From Acutalibacteraceae bacterium (lineage in GTDB: Bacteria; Bacillota; Clostridia; Oscillospirales; Acutalibacteraceae): DNA of 26,621 nucleotides. Within the stretch, counting starts at the first letter, position 1. Each line of letters begins with the position of its first letter. The translations under genes were made by a program, and so were the position numbers. Shown here one piece after another: positions 1 through 8,393 of this stretch. Where the stretch lies: positions 1 to 26,621 of the forward strand of contig JAZLKY010000275.1 in NCBI GenBank assembly GCA_045597885.1, in the 5' to 3' direction. The notes under the pieces are model-generated. The model did no database searches and had not been told where the DNA came from. It was given only the letters and a program-made list of their open reading frames with translations.

Positions 1-5
1 ACCTC

Positions 6-56
6 CCGAATAGCCGAAGGGAGCCGAACTTGGTTCGGCTCCCTTCTGCTATTCGG
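6..56 (-). terminator. 24-bp inverted repeat (1 mismatch), probable terminator downstream of the SDR remnant
   Basis: ccgaatagccgaagggagccgaac (6-29), loop ttg, gttcggctcccttctgctattcgg (33-56). It lies 3 nt past the SDR stop at 60-62. Confidence 0.7.
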
Positions 57-59
57 TCA

Positions 60-485
60 TTATTTGATATCGTAGGCGCCGTCCATGATGACGGTTTCAC
101 CGACGATCTGATTTGCTTCTTCCGACAGCAGGTACATGGCAAGCCCGGCGATTTCCTCTACCGTACCGAACCGCCCGGTCGGGATATGGTCGTTGTGCAT
201 GGAGTCCCCCTTGTGCCAGTTGTTCATTTCTGTGGCGATGGGACCGGGGGCAATGCCGTTGATGACGATCCCATAAGGGGCGAACTGCCGTCCCCAGCCC
301 CGTGTCAGACCGACAACACCGCCCTTGGAAGTCGCATACGGACCGTAATACGGTTCCGTTGCTGCTACACTGGCGATATTGAGGATATTTCCCGGAATTT
401 TATTTTCATAAAAATAGCGGACGGCGGTCTGCATGAAGAAATAGGCGGCTTTCAGATTGGTGTGCATGATCGCATCCCATTCCTC
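60..485 (-). pseudogene. 5'-truncated classical SDR (FabG-like) oxidoreductase, C-terminal half only
   Basis: EEWDAIMHTNLK, NIASVA, YATSK (YxxxK), NGIAPGPIAT and GETVIMDG motifs are present. There is no TGxxxGIG or NAG N-terminal part, and the frame closes at a stop at 528-530. Confidence 0.8.
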
Positions 486-677
486 TATAACCGTATTGCC
501 CCGGCAATGGATATGATCAAAAGCCGATTATCCGACCAGGCGCTGACGGTCACTGCACTGGCAGAGGGTTGCGGGATCAGTGTCGCTACCCTTAACCGCC
601 TGTTCCATCAACTGTACGGGATGCCGGTATCCCGCTATCTGATGAGTCGCCGTATGGAAATGGCGAAGGCTCTGCTT
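486..677 (+). pseudogene. Internal fragment of an AraC-family regulator (first HTH only)
   Basis: YNRIAPAMDMIKSRLSDQALTVTALAEGCGISVATLNRLFHQLYGMPVSRYLMSRRMEMAKALL matches the AraC HTH1 pattern. The N-terminal sensor domain and the second HTH (IA..xGF...YF.R.FK) are absent. Confidence 0.75.
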
Positions 678-716
678 TTTTCGGCTATTGTCAGCCGATG
701 TATTGACAGATGGGCA

Positions 717-2981
717 TTATGCTCCGACCGGATCTTTTTTCTTTTTCTTTCTCAGATGGGTGGTGGTGATGATACTGCCGCCTGCCGCCCCGATGATAAG
801 AGCGACCGCCGCAATGATCGCCGCAACGCCGCCGGAGATCGCGCTTCCCGCATAGGAAGCGGATGTTTCCCGTTCGAAGAGGATATAAGTTCCGCCGTAT
901 TTGTCCTCCTTGCCGGTGTAGAGCGGATCAAGCAGATTGATGGCGGCGGTTTCGTTGAACAGGTGAGCAAAGGATGCATTCTCACCAAAGTTTTTGCTCC
1001 CTGTCTTTATCAGCAGATCGCCGGCACAGATGGGACTGCCGGCATCAGTGTCTTTTGTCGTATACAGCACAAGCCAACCGGTCTTGGCATCCGCCTCGTG
1101 GTTGTTCACATCCGCCGCATCGCCGTCAAGTGTTTTGACTGTCTGATAGTAGACATAATCCTCGCCGTAGGGTGTCATGGCTGTTGACATGATGTGGTGG
1201 GGTATGTTTTCCTCAACAGGCTTTTCCTGTGTAAAATAATCCACCAGTGTGTAGATGTCATAGGCAAGGGCGACAACAAGAAGCACAAATGAGGCGACCT
1301 TGATCACGGATGAGAATTTGACCGTTCGCTGTACACTGTTATAATTCTCGGTCGCTCTGTTGAGGCGGTAACGGTACTGCGGGAACATCTCATCCAGCCC
1401 CGCCTCGTTGACCTCACGGGCGAATGCCGGACTGCCGCCATCCCAACGGTTGAGATATTTTTCGTATTCTTCCTCGTACTTCTGTACGGCGGCGTTAAGT
1501 TTCTCGGTTACTTTGGGGAGCTTTTTGAGTGCATTTTTCTTCAGTACCGTCGCAGTGACACCCGTCGCCGCCAGTCCGCAGGTCGATGCCCAGCAGATAA
1601 TCGTCCGCTTGCTCCAGTAGGACAGATCGCCGCCGACGATCCCGCCTAATTTTTCAAGCCAACTGTCATCGGAGAGGGATTCGTGATTGACGGCACTGCT
1701 GGTGAAGGCGACACCGTCATCGAAAACGGTCCTGTCCACACCGTCGAATATGGAAACGGGTTCCAGTGCTTCGGTGAATTCTTCATATTCTGCGATAGCA
1801 TCGGATGTGCCTTCCTCGGCATCTTCTTCGGCGGAGAAAGCACTTTGCAGGATCTCTTTGATGCCGATGAAATCCACCTGCTTTTTCTGACCGTCGCTCA
1901 TGCAGTAGACGAGCGGATACAGATCGGTCTTGTCGATCTGTGACGACGGTTGTTTAAAGAAGGAGAGTAGGGTGCCGGTGCCGTACTTTGAGCTTGCCAG
2001 CAGGGTGTAAAATCCAAAATCCGTCGTGTTGTCAAGTGCTTCCGGAATCTCAGCCAGTTCGTCTGCCTGTGCGACAAGTTCCTTTTGCTCATCGCTCAAG
2101 CCATCGGTGTCGCTCCCGTCGCTTTCGGTGGGATCAAATGCATCGTCTTTCACTTCAAGTTGACCGTTCTTGTCCTCTGCTACTACGTCCTTTTCAACAT
2201 TCAAAAGATAGTTGTAGAAGAAATCCCAATCTTTGTAGAGCGTGTCGGCTACCGTGCCGTACCGGCTCGCCAGATCCTCTTCAAATGCCGCATGGGTGGG
2301 GAAGCTTTTTTCGTACTGATCCAGCACATTGGGGCCGACATTTGACAGGCGGTCTACCAGTGTGGTGTCATCGGGATCACCTGCAAAAGAGAGCGCCCGG
2401 ATCATCGACATCACGATATCATCATTTGCCTGCATCAGTGTGTCGGTCAGTGCACGGATCGCTTCGGGTGAAGAATCAAAATCGAGAAAGTAATCACCCA
2501 TCAGTTTTTCGCTGTCATCGTCCTTGAACAGATTGAGTGCCTGATAGGCGAGGAGAGCGTTTTTGGTTTCGTTATTATAGCCGTTCTGGAATTCTTCGAT
2601 GAATGAACCGATATCCTCGACCACGGCTTCAATATTCTCTTCATAGTCCTTCATGATCTGCTGATAGTCAGAATAACTGAATTTGCCGAGCATATTCATG
2701 GCGGCGATATCCGTGATCGCTTCTTTCCTGTTTTCGGTTTCTTTATAACCAAGATATACACCGGTATCCAGTGTCAGGTTAAGATTGCCGACGACCATCT
2801 TGTATCCGGCGGACGCCAGCTTGCTTTTCGCATCTGCCGGAGTGGCTGCGGCAACAGTGACGATCTCACTGACATACTTTTTGCCATCCGTTGCGGCAAA
2901 TGCCTGCAACGGCAGTGTTGTGACTGCCATGATCAGCGCAAGCGCCAGGGAGAAAGCTTTGACAAAGTGTTTCATTTTCAT
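717..2981 (-). CDS. Exported, membrane-anchored protein (754 aa): signal peptide, beta-prism-like repeats, helical domain with two internal hydrophobic segments, C-terminal TM anchor. Paralogue of the N-terminal half of 3708..8393
   Basis: RBS GGAGGT before ATG. Signal peptide ends LQAFA|A. Repeat NLN..VYLGYKETENRKEAITDI. Hydrophobic segments at about 1542-1604 and 1232-1307. C-terminus GSAISGG-TM-RKKKKK. Confidence 0.85.
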   Translation of the reverse strand: MKMKHFVKAFSLALALIMAVTTLPLQAFAATDGKKYVSEIVTVAAATPADAKSKLASAGYKMVVGNLNLTLDTGVYLGYKETENRKEAITDIAAMNMLGKFSYSDYQQIMKDYEENIEAVVEDIGSFIEEFQNGYNNETKNALLAYQALNLFKDDDSEKLMGDYFLDFDSSPEAIRALTDTLMQANDDIVMSMIRALSFAGDPDDTTLVDRLSNVGPNVLDQYEKSFPTHAAFEEDLASRYGTVADTLYKDWDFFYNYLLNVEKDVVAEDKNGQLEVKDDAFDPTESDGSDTDGLSDEQKELVAQADELAEIPEALDNTTDFGFYTLLASSKYGTGTLLSFFKQPSSQIDKTDLYPLVYCMSDGQKKQVDFIGIKEILQSAFSAEEDAEEGTSDAIAEYEEFTEALEPVSIFDGVDRTVFDDGVAFTSSAVNHESLSDDSWLEKLGGIVGGDLSYWSKRTIICWASTCGLAATGVTATVLKKNALKKLPKVTEKLNAAVQKYEEEYEKYLNRWDGGSPAFAREVNEAGLDEMFPQYRYRLNRATENYNSVQRTVKFSSVIKVASFVLLVVALAYDIYTLVDYFTQEKPVEENIPHHIMSTAMTPYGEDYVYYQTVKTLDGDAADVNNHEADAKTGWLVLYTTKDTDAGSPICAGDLLIKTGSKNFGENASFAHLFNETAAINLLDPLYTGKEDKYGGTYILFERETSASYAGSAISGGVAAIIAAVALIIGAAGGSIITTTHLRKKKKKDPVGA

Positions 2982-3009
2982 GACCTCCGTTTATAAGTTT
3001 ATAAATTGT

Positions 3010-3711
3010 TCAATCAAATCCGTAATGGTATAGCATCCTGCCATCGCCGTACCGGGCATTTTCGATCGCCGTATCCGTGTTCTGCCCGGAAAATACACCG
3101 CCGTACTGGTCATATGCCGGCTTGCTCCTGTCGACAGTGCCTCCTTTACACAGCAAAGCCGCCTGCGGTGTGTGGCAGGTGATCACCGCATCACTGTCGT
3201 AATAGGCAGAAGAAACATAATCGGTGTCGGTGTTGATGCGGTATCCGTTCAGCAAAATATTCTCCACGGTAAAGGCAAGCCGTTCACCGCCGTCCATATT
3301 CAGATGGACCTTGACACTGTCAACGATGCCCGGCACCCATACCGAGAAGTGTGTCATATATTCGTTGTCATTCGGGCGAACGAAGGCGGCTTTCAGCACA
3401 TCAGCATTCAGATTCTGCTTTTTGTTTTTGTTCCACGACAGATCAAAACGGTAGGTCGAAGAATTACCGTAGCCGTTGTTGGCTTTGTATCCGAAATCGA
3501 ACCAAAGCTGATAGACGGCATCGTTATCCATATCATTTGAGTTGCACGGATTATACAGATAGATGTCGATATCGTAACGGTACATTCCGCTTGCCGCTTC
3601 GTTTCCGGTGCTTTGATCGGCTGTTCCGTCGGCGGCATTGGCTGCAAATGTCGTCAGCAACATAGCGAGCAGTAATACTATCGCTGTGACAGATGATTTG
3701 ATCCGGCTCAT
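3010..3711 (-). CDS. Secreted protein (about 233 aa) with a beta-sandwich domain, possibly PLAT/LH2-like
   Basis: Start moved to MSRIKS, an ATGA overlap with the upstream stop at 3708-3710. Signal peptide ends FAANA|A. Beta-rich pattern YRYDIDIY...VYQLWFDF...FVRPND...HFSVWVPGIVDSVKVHLNMDGGERLAFTVENILL. Confidence 0.75.
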   Translation of the reverse strand: MSRIKSSVTAIVLLLAMLLTTFAANAADGTADQSTGNEAASGMYRYDIDIYLYNPCNSNDMDNDAVYQLWFDFGYKANNGYGNSSTYRFDLSWNKNKKQNLNADVLKAAFVRPNDNEYMTHFSVWVPGIVDSVKVHLNMDGGERLAFTVENILLNGYRINTDTDYVSSAYYDSDAVITCHTPQAALLCKGGTVDRSKPAYDQYGGVFSGQNTDTAIENARYGDGRMLYHYGFD

Positions 3712-6700
3712 TTTAACACCAGCTTTCCGTATTTCATCGTGTTCCATGTCACGCCGCTCACGATCCCCGCACCGTCTTTGACACTGTTGTCGAATCGGTG
3801 AGCGAACAGATAGATCCGTGTATCTTTGTCGTGCCCCTCTTCGCTGGCAAAGACACCGTCGTTGAAATCACACCGTCTGCCCGAAGTTGTCATGACATTT
3901 TCCCATACGAGCTTATCTGAATTTTCCGGAACGAGGTCTTTTTCTCCCGCCGCCAGATTCATGACGGGTCGATTGGCGGTCCCGGTGGTATAATACAGAT
4001 ATATTCTTAATCCGTTCGTTCCTTCATTGAATGAAATGGCCTTTGTTCGGTCGCCACTGTATAGGTAGCGGTCACACGCCCGCTTGTATGTTACGCCGTC
4101 TATGTCGATGCTTGGTGCGCCGTCGTGCCCCACGGTGCAGAGCAAATCTCTGACGGCATATTTGGCAGTGCCGTTTTTGTCGGTATATCTGTCATAGCCT
4201 ACAAAAACGTATTTGCCGTTGGCACCTTTGTTCATATCGAGATTAATGAAAGCATTACACCCCATATTCAGCAGGTCGATCATCGCTTCATCACGGGTGT
4301 TGCCGCTGCCGATGTACAGATCACTGATGTAGGTTTTGGCGGTTTCATACTTCGAATGAATATAGTTTGTTTCGCCGGTATATCCTTTCAGTTCACCGGT
4401 TTTCCCTTCTCTGACGACCTCACCGTTATAGATCCTTTGCTGAACATCCTTTTCGGTCGCCGTCAGGGCGGAGGCGCAGTCCTTGACGAGAGGGACGGCA
4501 CTGAAGTCGATCGAGGTGATCGGTTCATTGGGGGCACATCCGACACTTGTGGAATAGTAGAGATAGTAGTCGCCGTTTTTATCATGGATCGGTTCGCTGC
4601 CGGCACGGGTGTACTCTGTCCCGCTCACGGTGATCGTCAGCGTTGCGTCACTTTTGTTCTGCGGTTTAAATTTGATAATGGAACAGATGGCATCCAAAGC
4701 GTTGTCCGTCCGTGTCACGCCGATGTATGCCGCTTCTTTCGGCTTGTTGTCAAATGCACTCTGCACCGAGTCGCTGTATCCGACCGCCAGATTTTTAAGT
4801 ATGACCTCATCGGCGGCACTCTGTATGGCATTGACGATGCATATATCGTCTTTCATATTGTTGTACCGCTCGGTCATTTCTTCTTTTTGGTCATCGTCCA
4901 GCTTCAGAAAACTCTTTTCTTTTCCGACTGTGGCATCAAAGCTCCATGAATAGACCGACAGAGCGGAAATATACTTTTTTTCGTGCGGCTTTTCGTCCTT
5001 GACGAACAGATACTGCGGCTTCTTTGCGCTGAAAGCGATATTATGCGCCGCAGTCCTGTTGGGTGTTTTGGCATCCTGTACGCTGTAAAGCCCCGCCCCG
5101 TTGTATTCCTGTTCTTTTTCCGGGTTGTCTGTGAGCTTGATGTCATCGGGTGTCAGTGGGGGAATGCCGGGGATCATGCCACTGACATAGAGATTTTTCA
5201 GTCTCGGTCTGGAGTCGCTCCATAAATACTGCTCATAGTCCTCGGCGGATTGAACAGGGTACTCAGCGATCCGGGGCAGGATCTCCTGTCGGGAGTCTTC
5301 ATTGATCCCGTTCCATGCATTGGATGTAAGGATACCTCGGTAGAATGAGGTGATTTTCACATCGTCTTCCTGTATCTGCCCGCAGAACTGATAGAACACA
5401 TTGCAGGCGGCAAAGCTTTTTGACAGGGTGACGGTCTTATTGTCTGCTTTCGGCTTTGGAACGGTCACTCTGCCGGATACGATCATCTCATTGAGGGCGA
5501 CAACACTGTCGGACAGTGCCGTATACGATTTGACGGAATAGACCGCCCGGTAGGGGTTGCAGGTGGTCGAATAACCGAGGTAGGTGACGATGTTGTCAAC
5601 CGTCTTTTCGCTGGATGTTTTGCCCTTGCCGATATGCCGGACGATCTCAAATGTCATATCGTAGTCTTCGGCAAAATCGTTCTCCCATACCGTAAACCCG
5701 TTTTCTTTGGCGTATTGCACGATCTCGTTGCCGTCCTTGGCACTGGTGTTTTTGCCGGTAAAGAATGCCAGTCCGCCGATATACTGTTCTCCCGATGTAT
5801 AAGTGACACTCGGATGGAAATAGATATATACATTTTGATCGCTTTTCCAGTTTTGATAGGTGAGGGAATAGGGATGATATTCGCTGTCGCCCGTGGCGTT
5901 GAGGTTATACGCATCACCGCCGCAGAACAGGTTGACAGGTTCAAACCCCTCACGGGCGGACGATTTACTGCTCACGATCTGCAGGTCAGCATAGACGGGC
6001 GTACCGGCGTAGGATGACTTACCGTAATAGATCGACGGGATAAAGGAAGGGATATCCTCTCCCGCCCGGACATAGGTTGTGACACCGTATGCCATCGAAT
6101 CCCCCGTACCGATCCCCTGCGGGACGATGCGGATATCTGTGATGGCTTCAGAGGCAACGGTCGTCGTTTTGTAACCGAGGTAGGTGTACGTGCCGCCCTT
6201 TTGGCTGTAAAATGAGGTCAGATTTTTATCAATCGGGGTGAAGCCCATTTTTTTGAGTTTGTCCTTTGCGGCTGTTTCCGTTTTTTCAACAGCGACATAA
6301 AGGGATTCCAGATACGGTGTGCCGGCAGGCGCATCCGATTGTTCTCCTTCGTTGATTCCGGTCGTTTCACCCGCATAATAGAAAAGATAAATGGCGGGAG
6401 CACTCTTATTTTCGGAGTAGGAATTGAGATCGGCAACCGAACCGGGGCCGAAATACCGTACCGGTCGATAGCCGGTTGGGGTGAGCGTATCTCCCTTGAC
6501 CAGTTTGAATGTGGCGCCTGTCGAATCGACACGGATGGGTTCGCCGGCGGTATCCTGCTTTGAATAATACAGGGCGGCAAATCGCTTGCCCTTGCCTGCG
6601 TTAAGGTCGCACGGAACTCCGTCCGCTCCCCTTACCGCATCGTATCGCATGTAGTGCGATTGGCGATAGTCGTAAACGTGGATCGGAATATCTTCTGCCG

Positions 6701-8393
6701 TATATTCCAGCACATCCTCTTCATCCATGACGCTGTCGATGATCCAGTCGATGAGCATATACGCCAGAACGATGACGGTAAATGCCGTCATTACCCATGT
6801 TCCGATGATCAGTACGACGCCCATATAGCCGAGAATGGTGGCGATCGCCCCCGTCCCTGCGGCAGTCGCCGCATGGGCGCACAACGCCCACATGCCGGTG
6901 GCTTCTGCTGTTGCCCAGCCGTAAAAGCCGAGTCGTGCCATTTGTACGACATTGACGGTGATGTTGGCGAGAACAACGACTGAATCAATCACCGTGGAAC
7001 CGATGGAAAAAGCGGTCATCAGATAATTGAGGTTTTTATCCTTCTGTTTTTCCGCAATCAGGTCGGAATACTCTTCCGCCGAGGCGGTCTCCCGTATTCC
7101 TTGGTAAGTAAGCGCGATTTCACTTGTATAGGGGATGGGATCGGTTCCTACCCAAACCGAGAGCTTTTCAGAGCCGTCCTTGTTGTACTTGGCGATATTG
7201 CTTTTCAGCTCGTCGGTGTACTTTTGGGTTTCGCTGATCTTGGCGTTGTCATTGACCAAAGAGAGCGCCATCTGCGGGATGCCGACGATCCGCATCACAC
7301 CGAACTGCCCTTTGGTGAGTGAGGCGGCAAGGGGATAGATCCTTCTGACATCCTCCATGGACGTATATTCTGCCTGACCGAGCGAAACGATGTAATCCCC
7401 GACTCCCCTTCCGTCCGCCAGAATATAGGTGTTCAGCAACTCATATGCCATCAGATAGAAGGCACTTTTATCCTTGTCCTCCAATTCTTCACAAGCGGTT
7501 ATATTATTGATGACTTCATCGGGGATCTCGTAATCTTCGGTGTTTTCCTCATCCTTATCTTTGAGCGCATCATACCCGTTTTTTTCAACGAACGCCTGGG
7601 CTGTGCCTACATTTTCGGCAAAGTCACGAAGCGGTTGACGCAGGTCCTTGGCGATCTTCTCATACTCACGGTCAAGCTGGCAGTCAAGATCCTCTGCGGT
7701 GATCTGCCGATGGACCGGGCTATTGACAAGGCGTTGCGCCCAGTTGTCTTCCGTACAGTCGGTGACACCCGCTGCCATGGTGTTGATCACCGTGAGCATG
7801 ATGCCGGTATTGGCTTGACAGAACAACTTTTTGATGAAGTCCTCGCTACAGTCATCACCTGCCAGATAATCCCCAAGAGTCACGTTGTTTTTTTCGGGGA
7901 TGTACAGCAGGTCCAGTATTTCTTTCGCTTCTATGGCGGCAGGGCTGTTGTTTTGGAGATTGTTTGCATATTCGTTGAACGATACCATCAGCGCAGACGT
8001 TATTTTTGAGACCTGCTCCATTTCCTTTTCAACGATGTACGAATAATTTTTCGTTTCGTAGCCGGTGTTCATTTCCAGCACCGACAGATCGGTAACGGCT
8101 TCATATTGATTCGTAGTGGTTTTATATCCGAGGATCACGGCATTGGCATCGTTTCCTTCATTGAGATCGCTGTCTACGGGTATATACCCACCGTCTTTAC
8201 ATTTTTTGATCGCTTCGGCTTTCGTTGGGGCGGAAAAAGTACAAACGGATTCGATATAAAGCTCCTGCGCCGCCGCCTGCGTTGTGTTTTCTGCCGTCGT
8301 TCCTAAAGCGGCAGAGGCGGGGTTGATAAGGAGGGCTGCTGTCAAAAGGTAGGTCAGCACCGTCATGGCGACAGATTTCATCTTACCGCTCAT
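3708..8393 (-). CDS. Large exported protein (1561 aa): signal peptide, helical domain, roughly 95-aa hydrophobic Gly/Ala-rich segment, multiple beta-prism-like repeats, no C-terminal anchor
   Basis: Long open frame overlapping the upstream stop by 11 nt. Signal peptide ends PASA|A. Repeats DLNEG..ILGYK..AVTDL, DLNAG..ALYY..GEPI, TYLGYKTTTVASEAITDI, DMNKGANGKYVFVGY and FNEG..IYLYY..RPV. Hydrophobic stretch at about 6740-7025. Confidence 0.9.
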   Translation of the reverse strand: MSGKMKSVAMTVLTYLLTAALLINPASAALGTTAENTTQAAAQELYIESVCTFSAPTKAEAIKKCKDGGYIPVDSDLNEGNDANAVILGYKTTTNQYEAVTDLSVLEMNTGYETKNYSYIVEKEMEQVSKITSALMVSFNEYANNLQNNSPAAIEAKEILDLLYIPEKNNVTLGDYLAGDDCSEDFIKKLFCQANTGIMLTVINTMAAGVTDCTEDNWAQRLVNSPVHRQITAEDLDCQLDREYEKIAKDLRQPLRDFAENVGTAQAFVEKNGYDALKDKDEENTEDYEIPDEVINNITACEELEDKDKSAFYLMAYELLNTYILADGRGVGDYIVSLGQAEYTSMEDVRRIYPLAASLTKGQFGVMRIVGIPQMALSLVNDNAKISETQKYTDELKSNIAKYNKDGSEKLSVWVGTDPIPYTSEIALTYQGIRETASAEEYSDLIAEKQKDKNLNYLMTAFSIGSTVIDSVVVLANITVNVVQMARLGFYGWATAEATGMWALCAHAATAAGTGAIATILGYMGVVLIIGTWVMTAFTVIVLAYMLIDWIIDSVMDEEDVLEYTAEDIPIHVYDYRQSHYMRYDAVRGADGVPCDLNAGKGKRFAALYYSKQDTAGEPIRVDSTGATFKLVKGDTLTPTGYRPVRYFGPGSVADLNSYSENKSAPAIYLFYYAGETTGINEGEQSDAPAGTPYLESLYVAVEKTETAAKDKLKKMGFTPIDKNLTSFYSQKGGTYTYLGYKTTTVASEAITDIRIVPQGIGTGDSMAYGVTTYVRAGEDIPSFIPSIYYGKSSYAGTPVYADLQIVSSKSSAREGFEPVNLFCGGDAYNLNATGDSEYHPYSLTYQNWKSDQNVYIYFHPSVTYTSGEQYIGGLAFFTGKNTSAKDGNEIVQYAKENGFTVWENDFAEDYDMTFEIVRHIGKGKTSSEKTVDNIVTYLGYSTTCNPYRAVYSVKSYTALSDSVVALNEMIVSGRVTVPKPKADNKTVTLSKSFAACNVFYQFCGQIQEDDVKITSFYRGILTSNAWNGINEDSRQEILPRIAEYPVQSAEDYEQYLWSDSRPRLKNLYVSGMIPGIPPLTPDDIKLTDNPEKEQEYNGAGLYSVQDAKTPNRTAAHNIAFSAKKPQYLFVKDEKPHEKKYISALSVYSWSFDATVGKEKSFLKLDDDQKEEMTERYNNMKDDICIVNAIQSAADEVILKNLAVGYSDSVQSAFDNKPKEAAYIGVTRTDNALDAICSIIKFKPQNKSDATLTITVSGTEYTRAGSEPIHDKNGDYYLYYSTSVGCAPNEPITSIDFSAVPLVKDCASALTATEKDVQQRIYNGEVVREGKTGELKGYTGETNYIHSKYETAKTYISDLYIGSGNTRDEAMIDLLNMGCNAFINLDMNKGANGKYVFVGYDRYTDKNGTAKYAVRDLLCTVGHDGAPSIDIDGVTYKRACDRYLYSGDRTKAISFNEGTNGLRIYLYYTTGTANRPVMNLAAGEKDLVPENSDKLVWENVMTTSGRRCDFNDGVFASEEGHDKDTRIYLFAHRFDNSVKDGAGIVSGVTWNTMKYGKLVLK

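Noticed and set aside
9-689. Inverted 10-mer aatagccgaa (9-18) / ttcggctatt (680-689)
   Set aside because: Too short to be significant, and one copy is part of a terminator arm.
681-698. Hairpin tcggct-attgtc-agccga as terminator of the big operon
   Set aside because: The stem is only 6 bp and on the minus strand it is followed by an A-run rather than a U-run.
701-709. tattgacag, the reverse complement of ctgtcaata in the element's terminal repeat, near the left block edge
   Set aside because: A 9-mer is expected by chance at appreciable frequency in 26 kb, and the match does not extend.
30-1187. 385-aa plus-strand ORF
   Set aside because: It is a chimera of the SDR antisense, a real 64-aa AraC fragment and the antisense of the 754-aa gene. 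There is no RBS and no coherent domain.
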